A stretch of DNA of 64,000 nt, taken from assembly GCF_018977255.1 (NCBI RefSeq), contig NW_024704742.1, positions 127,040,001 to 127,104,000 on the forward strand. The letters are read 5' to 3'. This document shows positions 27,121 through 39,790 of this stretch, in pieces. How positions within the stretch are numbered: position 1 is the first letter of the stretch; the number at the start of each line of letters is the position of its first letter. A program made the position numbers and the translations under genes. This stretch comes from Callorhinchus milii (lineage: Eukaryota). The notes below the pieces were generated by a model. The model was given only the letters and a program-made list of their open reading frames with translations, was not told where the DNA came from and made no database searches.

Positions 27121-30100
27121 GGATCACTCAAAGCCTCTTCAATGCTAATCCCAACCGCAGGTGAATGAAGCGTTTGCTCCGTCCACCTCATCCAACCGCA
27201 CGCTCCTCGGGCACAGTTCCCAGCCCCTCACCTGACTTGCGTTATCAGTTGTTTCACGAGAAACATTGTGATTCAGTTACTCGATTGCACCCCTCGAAAC
27301 GCAATCTGAGTTGCCCTGTGCATGTAAATCCCAAATCTGTCCGATGTAAATGTTTATGAAAATGTACTCATCCATTGCACGTTTCTCGGGAATTTGTTTG
27401 GAAGTTTGCAGTGCTTTTTGCTGGATTTCGAAGAGTTGGATTAAACTTTAACTTTTCTGTCTTCTCGTGTTACCGAGCAAAAATGAATGCATTGAATAGC
27501 CTATTAATGATATTAATTGAAGGCCAATAATTTATCCTCTGGCTATAACCCCCCAACACTGATCATGTTGGGTTTAAAATATACTGTCTTCTAATATTGT
27601 TTTGCAACACTATATTTAGTTTGCATTTTCAAAATATATTCTCTTTACCACAATCTTATTCACAATGTAATCACATCTTTAAAAAAAAATGGTTCATCGT
27701 AATTACGTATCCAAGTAATTTGAAGATTCAGTAGTTCGTTAAAATTACTAAATGCGGTTGAAATGCAGAAAAATCGTTTTGTTTTCAGGTAGTTTAATTG
27801 CATGCATTGTGTCGATTTTCTTACTTGCACTTGCATCGCTTTAGCTTTTAAAATCATTGTTATATGGTTGGTTAATGCCACATTTATGTTTCAACAATTC
27901 TAAATGTTTACATATTAATTGTCAGTTTAAAGTTAGGGGAAGCATGTTTTCCAATCAAAAGTGTTAATCGTTACAAAATCATTTTCAGCAAGTTAAATAC
28001 TTGTGTAACAGCCATTTAAGAAATACTGTCATTTAAGAATGATACCACATTAATTAGATTACTGTTAATGCTATTATGTAGATTCATATTAATCAGTAGT
28101 GTTATCCGCAGTACAATGGACACATAATGAAAGTATTTCATATCGCAATGTAACTCATCGAGCAGAGATATTTAGACTTGAATTCAGACGGTCTTTGTGG
28201 ACGAGAGATTTCCTAAAGGGTTAAATCTGAATCATTATAAAGTATCACTGCAATTGAGGTTCTGTGCAGAATGGTTTCTGTTCAGATCGTGGATTATCTA
28301 TTTAGCTCTGTCATGTCGATGTCACTAGATTTTTTGCTTACAATGCGGCATGGTGAACAAAATTAAATAATGTAAAATGAATTGAGAATGTAGATAAATA
28401 TTTAATACGGTACCATCCAAAAAGAACTGCAATTGTAAGCTGAAACTGATAAGCACCTTTATGAGTTAACAGGAGGCAAAGTACCTATTAAGATGCGCAA
28501 AGGAACATGCAATCTGTCCAATGCAATCTGGTGGATATACAGCGCCAGTAATTCATTTCAAATAAACCGCTTCTGCTTCTGCTTGGTGTGATGTGGGCTG
28601 GAACTCAAATTATATCCACGTTGTGAGGAAAATCCACTCTATTTGCAAAACAATTTCATAAAGGTGTGTTGCTGTATTTATTGCTAATATGGGGCTGGAG
28701 GGTTGTCTGTCCATTCTGATTGGCGTCTTAGAAAGAAATTAATGTGACGAATTAATATTGTGGATGTGTACCCAGACTAAAAACATTGAATGTCTCACTC
28801 ACACCCTCCAAATTTATGCAGAGAGGGAATTTTCGCTTTGCTTGCAATCAAAGTTTATTGGGAAGAACTTATTTTGTTATGTGTAAAAAAANCTTGTTAT
28901 ACTTCTCCAGGATATCTTCACTTCCAATACATCTGACACCAGTAAATCACTTCCCACAGGAGCACAGTGACACCAGATCCAACGTATTAAATCGCCCTTT
29001 GATTGCAACACAGGAAGAACATGCTGTGTGCAGTATATGAATGGCGCGTCAGTCACACAGTATTTGCTGCTAATACTTGTAATGTTTTAAATATAACTTC
29101 ATAATGCTGCAAATCGTACTAAATATAACGACTTACAGCTAATTAGTTAATCACTGCTTACAACGAGGCACTCCCTGCTCGCTTTATGTCCATCCCACAA
29201 ATCTCATCAAAACTCCTCTAGTGCATTGCTGCTGCATTTGAAGGAGAATAGTACCACCTAGTGAATGTGCTGACAAAGTGCTCTTACTTTGCCTACTATT
29301 AAACATCATCCCTCTTAATGAATAATAATCCTTGCATTTGTTATAGTGCCTATAACGTTGCGGTGTCTCAGAGGAAATTGCTTGTGAAATGAAGTGTATT
29401 TGTAGGCCAACACAGCAGGGAACTTTAATAAATGAAATGTTATTCAGATTTGCTTTGCAACCCTGTTAAGTTTGTGTTCTTTAAAGCAGTTTGTCTTTTT
29501 GGTGAAAATGCATCAATAAAACATTTTTAAAGTAAAACCACACCATGAAAAAAAAACTGCTTGCACTACCTTACATTTTTACAGAATCGTATGCATCAAA
29601 ACTTCTCAATGCATTTTCGAGTAATTCGTCTTGGCTCATTCTCGAATGTCGCTCAAATTCATTTCCAGAAATGCAACCTTTGAAGAGACATTAAACCAAA
29701 CTATTGTCTATTCTTTAAATGGACGTCAAATATGCTATTTGAGTAGGAAAAGAGCCTTTCCTCGTATCCAAGCCAACGGCATTTTAGATAAATTGATAAT
29801 TCATCTTATGGTTTCAGCATGTCATCATTCAGTTTTGCCTTTGAATGTCTTCCCGATGTGAAAGGCACCATATAAATGCAATTTGTTGTTTTGGAAGTAT
29901 CGTATTGTGCACAAAATGCTTCATTTGCTTGCAAAAATGGTCACTGCATTTTACTGTAATTACTGTAAAGTGCTTTATATTCTCCAACATAAGGTGCAAT
30001 AAAAATGCAAGTTCTTTATGTGTAGCAGCTTGGTAGATAATAAGGTAATTTGTTAGTTAGTGGTTCTGGCTCAATAACATTGTCATTCAAAGTATTGAAA

Positions 30101-30324
30101 ATTGGACATGATAGATTCAGCAACACATTTTCTGGTTCATTGCTATTGTAATGTTTTCATCATAGTGGACCTCCTGACCATGTCACTTGGATGGGCATGA
30201 TATCTTCTGCTTCTAGCAAAAATATGTTTTTGCTGCATGTTTGGTGGTGAATTGTTGTGTTTGGCAATAATTTGGCAGAAAATATGTACAGTAGTATAAT
30301 GGTGGCTCAAACAGGATATTGGAG

Positions 30325-30436
30325 TGTAATTCCCCCACAAAATATAGAGTCTATTCACTTTACAGTATATCCTGTGAAGAGCTTTGAGACATCTAGACAA
30401 AGTGATTATATCAAATGTAAGGATTATTATTATTAT
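30325..30436 (+). mobile_element. SINE tail fragment
   Basis: Matches family tail, (TTA)n end. Confidence 0.75.
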
Positions 30437-30525
30437 TGACAGCAACTGGAGAAGGGAGTAACAGGAGTGAAGTGATTTGCATCTGCACAGTAAAGTATGA
30501 AAACAATGGGTGGAAATTAAACTGA

Positions 30526-31037
30526 GCTGCACTCAGAAATCATCCCTCAAAGCTTTGTGTGGGTCTACTGAACATTTTTTTAAAAATATCATACAAACCC
30601 AGAAGCACTATGTTTTCTTTTAAATGTTAAGCAACCATCTCTTTAATAATATTTAAAAGCCCAATGGTGTTTTGTTCATGTGTGTTTTCCAAACCAATTC
30701 ATGACAGTGTTGTGTGGGCAGAAGAAACATGGCTTCCGTCTCCATGTGCAGCCCATTCCACACATTCATCACTCTCTGTGTAAAATGATTAAAATCTAAA
30801 CGATCTGTTCACCTTTTCACTTCTGAGCTTAAGTCCGAACCTCGTTGTTGTAGATTTTGTGATTATATTAAACATATTAAACATATTTCTTTTGTGTTTG
30901 TACTATAGTTTAGTAATATTTATATCTGCTGAACAAAGGCAAAAAGAAAACACAGTGCCGCTGTGTTTGTATGACATTTTTTTAAAAATGTTCAGTAGAC
31001 CCACACAAAGCTTTGAGGGAAGATTTCTGAGTGCAGC
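30526..31037. repeat. Inverted repeat pair (arms ~30526-30633 and ~30927-31037)
   Basis: GCTGCACTCAGAAATCATCCCTCAAAGCTTTGTGTGGGTCTACTGAACATTTTT is the near-exact reverse complement of ~30984-31037. Confidence 0.92.
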
Positions 31038-31319
31038 CAAAACCAATTTGCACTTCCTACATTCATACTACAATGGTGTGAATCAATGTGCTACCAGTCA
31101 AGGTACAGGGTGACTTTCAGATTGTTCACCTTCACACCAATTTATTCCTTTTGTTTGGTGATTTGCCAAGGGTATTAAAGCAATCTTTATTAAACTATTT
31201 GATGAACAAAGTGGACGTGACACAAGTACATTGTTAAAACATAATGATGTGTTTGCTCATGAAATAATACCGAAATTTGATCTAGTTCCTTGAGTTTGTT
31301 TTCCTGGTTGACACTCTAG

Positions 31320-31755
31320 TACCGTATCCCAATCACACCAGTCCTAGCCAGGCTCCACTGGCCCCCCAATCAGCGAACGGATCCTCTCACTTATTTTCAA
31401 ATCATTTCATGCCTTCACACCTCCCTACATATCCGACCTGCTTGCCCTCACTCCACCACCCGCTGCCTCCACTCGGCTGACTACAGCCTCCTGTTTGTCC
31501 CTCGTGCTCTGCCCTCTGTTCCACCAGCCATGCCTTCAGCCACTACGCCGCAAAACTTTGCAACTCAATTTCTCAATCCCTCCTCCTTCCTTCTGCCTTG
31601 CCTCGTCCCTCCCCACCTTCAAATCCCATTAAAGACCTTTTTGATCGTGATTGCGGTCATCTCTCCCCCCCCTCTCCCCCTGGTTTGTTGTCAACACCAC
31701 AACTGTGAAGAGCTCCAGAACAGTTATCCATGTGGAGGGTGCTATATAAATGTAA
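31320..31755 (+). mobile_element. Degenerate L2 3' end
   Basis: GGCTCCACTGGC, GCCTTCAGCCAC, GCTATATAAATGTAA landmarks. Confidence 0.7.
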
Positions 31756-32278
31756 CAGAATTTCTGACCAACAAACCTCCAGGTGAAATAAGTAATTCAC
31801 CTCAGAGCAGTTTGTGAGGCTTTGCTGGGTGCAGAATAGCTGCTGATTTGCCTTAAAAAAATGCTGCATGTAATAGCATTTTTTATTAAGCGCTTTGAAA
31901 AGCAATCTTTATTAAACCATTTGATGAACAAAGTGGATGTGACCCAAGTACATTGTTAAAACATAATGATCTTTGGCATTATAGATCCTGTAAAAATGCG
32001 AGTTCATTCATCTTTATCAAGTCAATAGGTCTCAAAATGCTTGATATCTTGCAAGTTTAAATGTAATGCCTTTTAGACAAATGTATGAGTAATTTCCCTG
32101 GCAAAGGAATGAGTTTAATCATCCAATTAATCGGGGGGGGTGGCAGAGGAGAGTGCAATGTGGATGAGGGAGGGATATTGGCCAGAATTCTCCAGGACTT
32201 CAGTATTCTTTATCTAAATAAATCCCAGGCATCTTTATCATCCACCAAAATGGGCAAATACTCTAACAATACATTACA

Positions 32279-32595
32279 GGAGTCCTGTAACTCAGTGGTC
32301 AGAGCACTCACCTTGCAAGCAAGCCACCTGGGTTCAATTCTAGGCAGGGCGAAACCTTGGGCAAGTTTCCTTATTCCAATACGCCTAATAATAATCCCTC
32401 CAAAACAAAACAATAATAAATTGGTCATTTTCAATCCACGACTGTTTGTGGGACACTGCTATGCACAATTGGCTGCCACGTTTCACCCACAAATATACAG
32501 TCAATTCACTTTACAGTCTATTCTGTGAAGCGCTTTGAGATGTCGAGAAGACATGAAAAGTGCAATATCAAATGCAAGTATTATTATTATTATTA
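32279..32595 (+). mobile_element. SINE, full length, short subfamily
   Basis: GGAGTCCTGTAACTCAGTGG head through (TTA)n tail. Confidence 0.88.
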
Positions 32596-32904
32596 TCTTT
32601 TTCGGAACTATGTCCAGTTCTCAAAAGATCCCCCCCGTCTCACTGTTGCACTGCAGTGTTTTTCAACTTTAATTATGAGTTCCAGGCCTATTGTTTGTCT
32701 CAGGCCATCAACCCTCTGAACCAAAAGTTAGCGTGCTATCAACTGAAGCAAACTGATATTGGCAACATGATGAAAATGACACATGAATGTTCCAGCTCTT
32801 TTCTCTCTTGGATAAAGGACAAAACCCCTTTAAAATCTGATCACCTGGGCAAGTAATTGGCATGTCTATTTTATTGACTCAGGTTTTCCTCATTATTTAG
32901 CTGT

Positions 32905-33310
32905 CAGCCTGGCTCATTTGGCAGCACTCTCGCCTTTGAGTCAAAATGTTGTGGATTCATATTCCAACATCAGGATTTTGAACTCACTGTCCAGGCTGGC
33001 ACTCCAGTATAGCGCTGGGGGAGTGTTGTATTATCAATGCTGCTGTCCTTGAGACATGAAACTGAGGTCCTACTTATCTGTTCAGGAGGATGTTAAAGAT
33101 TCCATGGCACTATTTGGAAAGTGAAGGGAGTTTTTCCCGGGATCCTTGTCAGCAATCCCCTAGATAAAATTTATTATTCACTTCATGGCTATTTGTGGGA
33201 CTTTGCTGTGCACAAACCAGCTGCCGGATTTGCAGCAGTAAAATCCTGTGAAACATTTTGAGACATCCCCCAGACGTGAAAAGTGCCATTGCAAAGATTG
33301 TTATCATTAC
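32905..33310 (+). mobile_element. Old Deu-domain SINE
   Basis: tRNA-like head, AAACTGAGGTCC...AAAGATTCCATGGCACTATT segment, tail; similar to 10955-11370. Confidence 0.7.
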
Positions 33311-34777
33311 TTGTTAACATCACATTGCCTACAAAATACAACCAATAAACTCCACAGTGAGTGCAATGAAGGCTTTGGGATTTTTTGCTAAGGAGCTATA
33401 TTATAATTATTATTATTATAATTCTATGCTCCGTTATTTTGTGTTCACCTGAGACAAGTTCAGGTACACGTAGAAAAGATTCATTGTTATAAAAAGAGTC
33501 CTGTATTCAAGTTAATTCAACTGTTCATTCATTTTAAAAGTGACAAGAATGTGTTGCTTAAATTGTATCCCCTATGTACAAAGGGTGATAAAATATCAAA
33601 TTGATTTTGACATCTAATTTGTGTTCTCTCTTGATAGTTTCAGGCCTGAAGGGTTTGCTGATTCTGCAATGCAGGCGAACTGGATTAATAGTAATTTTAT
33701 CATCGTTAGCCCAAGTACTTCAGTTTCAGCTGTGAGTTGGTCATTCAATTCCCATTCCATTGGGATTGTTGACTCTTCCAAGCAATTTCCCTCAAAAATG
33801 TCAATGTTTGAAAACAAATTAAAAAATACAGATAACAGAAACATAGCAACCCAATTCTGGTCTTTTTTTAATTGTTAATTTAGGTAATTCCCAAATATGA
33901 GATTTTTTAATAAAAATCTCCTGCTATAACCAATTATAATAATAGTAGTAAATAAGTTTGAGTATTTGTTCCTCTGCTTTATTGGTGAGCAGGATAAAAA
34001 TGTTAACATTTATCCAAGAAACTGCATACAAAAAAGATAGGTGCAATTCTACAGAATATACACAAAAGAAAATTGCTTCACAGATCGACCCCCAAGCACT
34101 GAAAGCAAAATTGCAGCAATCTGGAACCAAATCAAAATCATATTTCAACAGTAGCACTGTGAAATAAGCTGCATTTTTTACTAAACGTAAAAAACAAAAT
34201 TGTTGAAGCCTTTTGCCAATAAAAAACAGAAGCCCAAATTATTCTTGTCTTGGCCTATTAGCCTGTTTTGCGTTGACATTTCAGATTGTGCAGAACTGTG
34301 AAAAACTCAATGTTAATTCGGAAAGTAGTTATTTTTAAGAAATGTGTAAAAACAGCTTCCATAATTCAGACTGGATGCAAGAATGTTTCACAGATTTCAC
34401 ACGTTTGTGTAATATTACATTTTAAGACAAAATGATGGCTAAAAAGCAGGTGGAATTTCAAGCTTCATATTTATTGACAGGTTAGAGCTTTATAGCACAA
34501 TCAAATGTCTTGATTTTTTCACTTGATTTTATTCAATAAAAATCAAACATCAGTTATTAATCATAAATCAGAACAGTTCAGACACAAAATGTTAGCTTTT
34601 TAAAAATATATATATAATGTACATATACATTCTTAATGGAACCAGGAAGGAATATTTTTACATACGTAACCAGTTGTATTTCAACAAATTCATAATTGGA
34701 AATAAATATATTTTTATATTATTACAGTATTCTATAAACAATTGCAGGATGCATACACATAACCCTATTCTGCTTCA

Positions 34778-34970
34778 TAATAATAATAATCCTTGCATTT
34801 AAAATCCCGCCTTAGCATATTGTTGAGATGTCTGAAAGCGCTTCACAGAATATACTGTAAAGTGAATTGCCTGTACATTTTGTGGGGGAAACGTGACAGC
34901 CAATTGCACACAGCAGTATCCCATGAACAGTCATGGATTGGGTGACCAAATTGTTATCATTATTTTATTT
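34778..34970 (-). mobile_element. SINE 3' part
   Basis: Reverse complement of family tail. Confidence 0.82.
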
Positions 34971-35819
34971 TTATTTATTTATTTTTATATCATGTTAAAT
35001 GTTGTGTGGTGATTCCCCAGATTATTAAGTGAATACATTTACTAAGCAATACAGATCAGTGGTGAGTTTGCTGATGTCATGCGGTGTGGGAACAGGGCTG
35101 TTACAGTTTGTCTTAAAAGCCCCTGGGTGAGGGAATGAAAATTTGGCTGGGGTTCACCTTCGTGAGGATTATCCAGTGACTCCTGCCAGAAAATGCTTGG
35201 GTGTGGATACAAAATTGGGCTAATCTGTGAAACTCTCCAAAGTTAAATAGTCTGCTGATTCTTGTTGCTGAGGCTAACGTATAAAGTATGATTGTTGGGC
35301 CCAGTGAAATGAACTTACACAAATCAGGGTTGTCGGAAGAAGATGAGGAGAGAAAAGTGGGAGGGGGAGAAAGTGGGATTACAAAAGCTGCATGCAGAAT
35401 AAAGTGTGGGTTTGATGGGCCATAGTCTTAATTTATACAAATACCCACACAAGGAAAATTCCTGGTTTTCAGTCACCTATGGAATTAACAAATGAAGCTA
35501 ATGCTTATCACATGATACAGAGCTTGAAAACTAGCAGAGTTCATTGACCCTCACTGCTTGTATGATAAATCACAGTCTGGTCCGCCATATGATTACAAAG
35601 CAACAATGCCAAGAGTCTGAGTACAGATCAACCACAGAGTATGGGTGAAAACAACTATGGAAAAGATGCCATTTATCTTAAATTTTAAGATAAAATTATC
35701 TCACAGGCTGAATGTAACATTATTTTATCTTAAATGTAAATAAGGAATTTGGGCCTCATACGTTTTCAAATGACAACTGACTGATCAATCTATGAAATAA
35801 TGCAAAACATGATCTTGAC

Positions 35820-37070
35820 TTCTCCTTGTCCTCCTCGACCTCTCTGCCGCCTTTGACACTGTCGACCCCTCCATCCTCATACACCACCTTTCCGCTTTAC
35901 TCAATCTTCACGGATCTGCCCTTGCCTGGTTCGATTCCTATCTCTCTCACCATTTCCACTTTGTTGCCTCTAACGGTTTCTCCTCCAACCCCCGCACTGT
36001 CACATCTGGCATCCCCCAGGGCTCTGTCCTTGGCCCTCTCCTCTTTTATCTACATGCTCCCCCTTGGTGACATCATCCGCAGACATGGGGTCAACTTCCA
36101 CATGTATGCGGATGACACCAACTCTACCTTTCTGCCTCCACCCTCAACTCCAGGACCACTGCTGTCCTGACAGACTGCCTGTCGGACATCCAGTCCTGGA
36201 TGTGGGCAAATTTCCTACAGTTGAATGTGAACAAGACTGAGGCCCTTCTGATTGGCTCACGCCAGCGCCTCAGCACCTCAGGCTCTGGCAACATCAACCT
36301 CCATGGTTGCACACTACAACTCACTAAGCCAGTCAGGAACCTTGGTGTCTTGTTCGACCCTCAACTGTCTTTTCTTCCCCACATTCAAGCCATGACCCGG
36401 TCTGCCTTCCCTCACCTCCATAACATTGCCCCACTCTGCCACTACCTCACCCCTCAGGCCGCTGAAACTCTTGTTCATGTCTTCATCACCTCTAGGCTCG
36501 ACTATGCAAACGCCCTGCTTGTCGGCCTTCCCAACTCCTCCCTCCACAGGCTGCAGATAATCCAGAACTCTGCAGCCCGTGTCCTCTCCTGAACCAAACT
36601 CCGTGACCCCATTTCCCCCACTCTCGTCCAACTCCATTGGCTCCCTATCCTTCAGAGGATCCAGTTCAAGGTCCTGGTCCTCACATACAAAGCCCTCCAT
36701 GGCCTCTCCCCACCCTACCTCTGCAACCTCCTAACCGCCTTACCAACCCGCCCGCTCCCTCCACTCAGCTGGCTCCGGTTTCCCGACCCAACCACCCCAC
36801 TATTGGTGGGAGAGCCTTCAGCCACTCTGCCCCCAACCTCTGGAATTCCATCCCCAGTCTCTCTGCCTCGCCCCCTCCTTAGCCTCCTTCAAGTCCCACT
36901 TCAAGGCCCTCCTCTTCAACCATGCCATCGGCCACCCCCCTTCCCCTCCCCTCCCTTCTCCCCCCACCACCCGACCCCAGCTTGGGTCTGAAATGTTGTA
37001 CACTGTCCAGCGCCTTGGGACGTCCTTCCAACGTGAAAGGCGCTATACAAATATAATCTTGTTGTTGTTG
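35820..37070 (+). mobile_element. L2 LINE, 5'-truncated, RT to 3' end
   Basis: HMYADDT, LQLNVNKTE, SRLDYANALL, QIIQNSAAR, (TTG)n tail; frameshifts and stops. Confidence 0.93.
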
Positions 37071-37254
37071 ACAATAAACCTACTTTGCTCCGATGGTCTG
37101 ATTTGATCAGTTAATATTTTAGAAGGCACAATACTTGTGTGGGTTGGAATCAATTATCTCGACTATCTAAAATTGGGTTAACATATCAAACTTGAAGAGG
37201 TTTTCCATTCTGAACTTCTTACTTTATGTTTTTGGCAGCATATGAGGGAGATCA

Positions 37255-37690
37255 AATGGCATAGCTGTCTCGCCTATGAATCAGAAGGTTGTGGGTTCAA
37301 ACTCCATGACAGGACTTTGGACTCGTACAGTCTCGGCTGATACTGCAAATACAATGCTGGGTGTGTCCTGCAGTGTTGTTCTTCGGATCACACAATTTAC
37401 ATACAATCCAATTTACAACTGTAAAGCACCTTTCACTTCGGGAGGACATCTCAAAGAGTTTCACAGTGCCGGATAGACACTCAAGCCAAAGGAAGTGGTG
37501 TGCTGAAACAGTGGGAAGGGGAAAGGTGACAGAAAGTGCAATCAAAGAAGTTTTGAGACAGACCTTGAAAGAGGGGAGGTAGTTTGTTAGAAGGACTTTG
37601 TAATAGAATTCCAGAAAGTTGCAGCAGGGGTTAAACAGAGGTCCCTTCTGCATGTTCAGGTGGATGTTAAGGAACCCATGGCATTACTCA
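37255..37690 (+). mobile_element. Old Deu-type SINE interrupted by an antisense L2 3' end (~37410-37630)
   Basis: Head GAATCAGAAGGTTGTGGGTTCAA; Deu-like TTAAACAGAGGTCCC...CAGGTGGATGTTAAGG resumes after the L2 piece. Confidence 0.55.
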
Positions 37691-39487
37691 TAAAGAGTCA
37701 TTCACTTAGATTTGTGTGGGACCTTCAGGTGGATGTTGAAGAAAATATTCCACAAATAGCAATGATGTCAATGACCAATTTTATGTGACAATCAATCAAC
37801 AGAGAAGTTAAACCCAAAGTTTTATTTCCAAGTAAACTAAGAACAAGAGAACAGAAATGGGAATAAGTGAACAGTAACTTTAGAGCTGGTACCAGAAAAA
37901 TATAATTCTTCAACAAGGGCTAACATCCTCGTAGCTCAGTTGGTTGGTCTTGACTTGGGTTGAGATGATCTGGATTTAATCCCGATGAGTCCAATCAGCA
38001 CTTCACTGGATGATAAAATGAATACCATGTCTCAAAAAAACATTCTAAGGAGCTAAACGCTGTTTCCCTGGGACTGAACAAACTCCAAGAAGACACCGTA
38101 ATCTAAGGCAGCTTTTTCTGTTTCATCACTGAGTCATGGAACTGTACATGTTTACTTAATCTTATGAGCTGAAGCTTAGATGACTCAGATGGAAAAAAAT
38201 ACGATTTATTCCCTTACAGTGTGTTATAAATATTTGGAGTAAGCAACAAAGGATGTGATAGAGGATAAAATAGAAGTAAATACTAAAATTGGGAGAGTGA
38301 ATTGAGAAAGGAACATGGCCTGGTAGACTGGATGACAATTTCTCATCCTGACTTTATTATGTTGTCATCCATCTTGAGTTACATTTCCTAGAAATTTACA
38401 GAACCAGAATTGCACTTCATTGCATTTTCATCTGCCTGGTCCACAGCAAATACACTTAATCTCTAATACTTTACCATGCTAAATAGCTTACAGTATTAGG
38501 GTTTATCGATATCTTATAGGATCTTGAATACATGTATAAAATCTCCCCTGAGTTCTGTTCTCTCCTGTGAACATTCACAGTTTCCGGAATCCAATGTCTA
38601 ATTTGAGCTTTTAATTTTGTTGGCTTTCACTTTCCATTGCCAAGGCTTCCATCCTTACCATGTTACCTATCTTCCTTCCTTAATTTTGATGTTGATACTT
38701 GTCCAGTTTCTTGCTAGCTCTACTTGTAAAATTTGACAACCACATTTAGTTTAAAATGCCTCTAGGATTATTTCATTCACTACAACAGCAACAACAACTT
38801 ACATTTTATTGCACCACTCACACATGGTAGCATCCTAGAGCTCTCGACTATCCTCAATGCCTTTGTTTCAGTAAAAAGCACGAGATTTTGGAATACTTTT
38901 CAGATTTCCAGTGTTAATCCTGTGTACGACAGTACCACCTTCCAAATTTCGAAAATATAAATATAAAGTTTACAACTTCAGGATTTTCTTCCATACTGTG
39001 CAAGTAAGTGAATTGTGCCACAGTTTTCAACTGCCTGATTTTCTGTCCATATGTTTGTTAGTTCTTTGTGACATATTTCCATAATTACATTGCCCACATC
39101 TTATGTTCCTGCAGGATTGTTGTCATCAGCAAATATTATGTTAATGATTCATTCATCCCTGTTACCAAGCATGATTAATGTTTCTCTCCAAGTACATTTT
39201 AGGCAAGGACACATCAAATCATTCTACAAGCATTCCATATTTTATATATTCCATATCTGAGACAGCCTGTACTTAATTTTATCAGAATGTGATTGTAATT
39301 TTATCAGAATGTGACAAAGGATGTGATAGAGGATAAAATAGAAGTAAATACTAAAATTGGGAGAGTGAATTGAGAAAGGAACGTGGCCTGGTAGATTGGA
39401 TGACAGTTTCTCAGAGTGTTGGTAGCTATTTGCCCAGTTTTGTCAAAGCACTAAATAATCTTCCTGCCAAACTTGATATGGGCTAAA

Positions 39488-39790
39488 ATAATAATAATAA
39501 TCCTTGCATTTGATGTAGCACCTTACCATGTCCTATAGCCACCTCTCAAAGCGCTTCACAGAATATACTGTAAATTTGATTGACTGCATGCTTTGTGGGA
39601 AAAACACGATAGCCAATTGCACACAGCAGTGTCCCACAAACAGTCATGGATGAAGTGATTGAATTTTTTTTTTTTAAATTTAATTTTTTTAAATTTTTAC
39701 TCCCGGAAAAGAGATCCGCCATTCAACTAATAACTACTCACTGCTAGGCAAACAGGCGTGTGGAGTAACAAAACATGCCTAACGTTTCGC
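39488..39790 (-). mobile_element. SINE, long subfamily, degenerate
   Basis: Tail plus GATCCGCC...CTGCTAGGCAAACAGGCGTGTGGAGTAA segment. Confidence 0.78.

Larger units (their letters stand above)
24950..27300. promoter_or_regulatory. CpG island over the unc13b promoter, exon 1 and start of intron 1
   Basis: Visibly CpG- and GC-rich against AT-rich, CpG-poor flanks; no LINE/SINE fragments seen inside. Confidence 0.8.

Noticed and set aside
25138..27191. ORFs of 80-210 aa in the CpG island
   Set aside because: Expected in GC-rich, simple-repeat DNA; no homology recognised.
33614..33878. Overlapping short ORFs near an acceptor-like tract
   Set aside because: No recognisable protein and no convincing donor.
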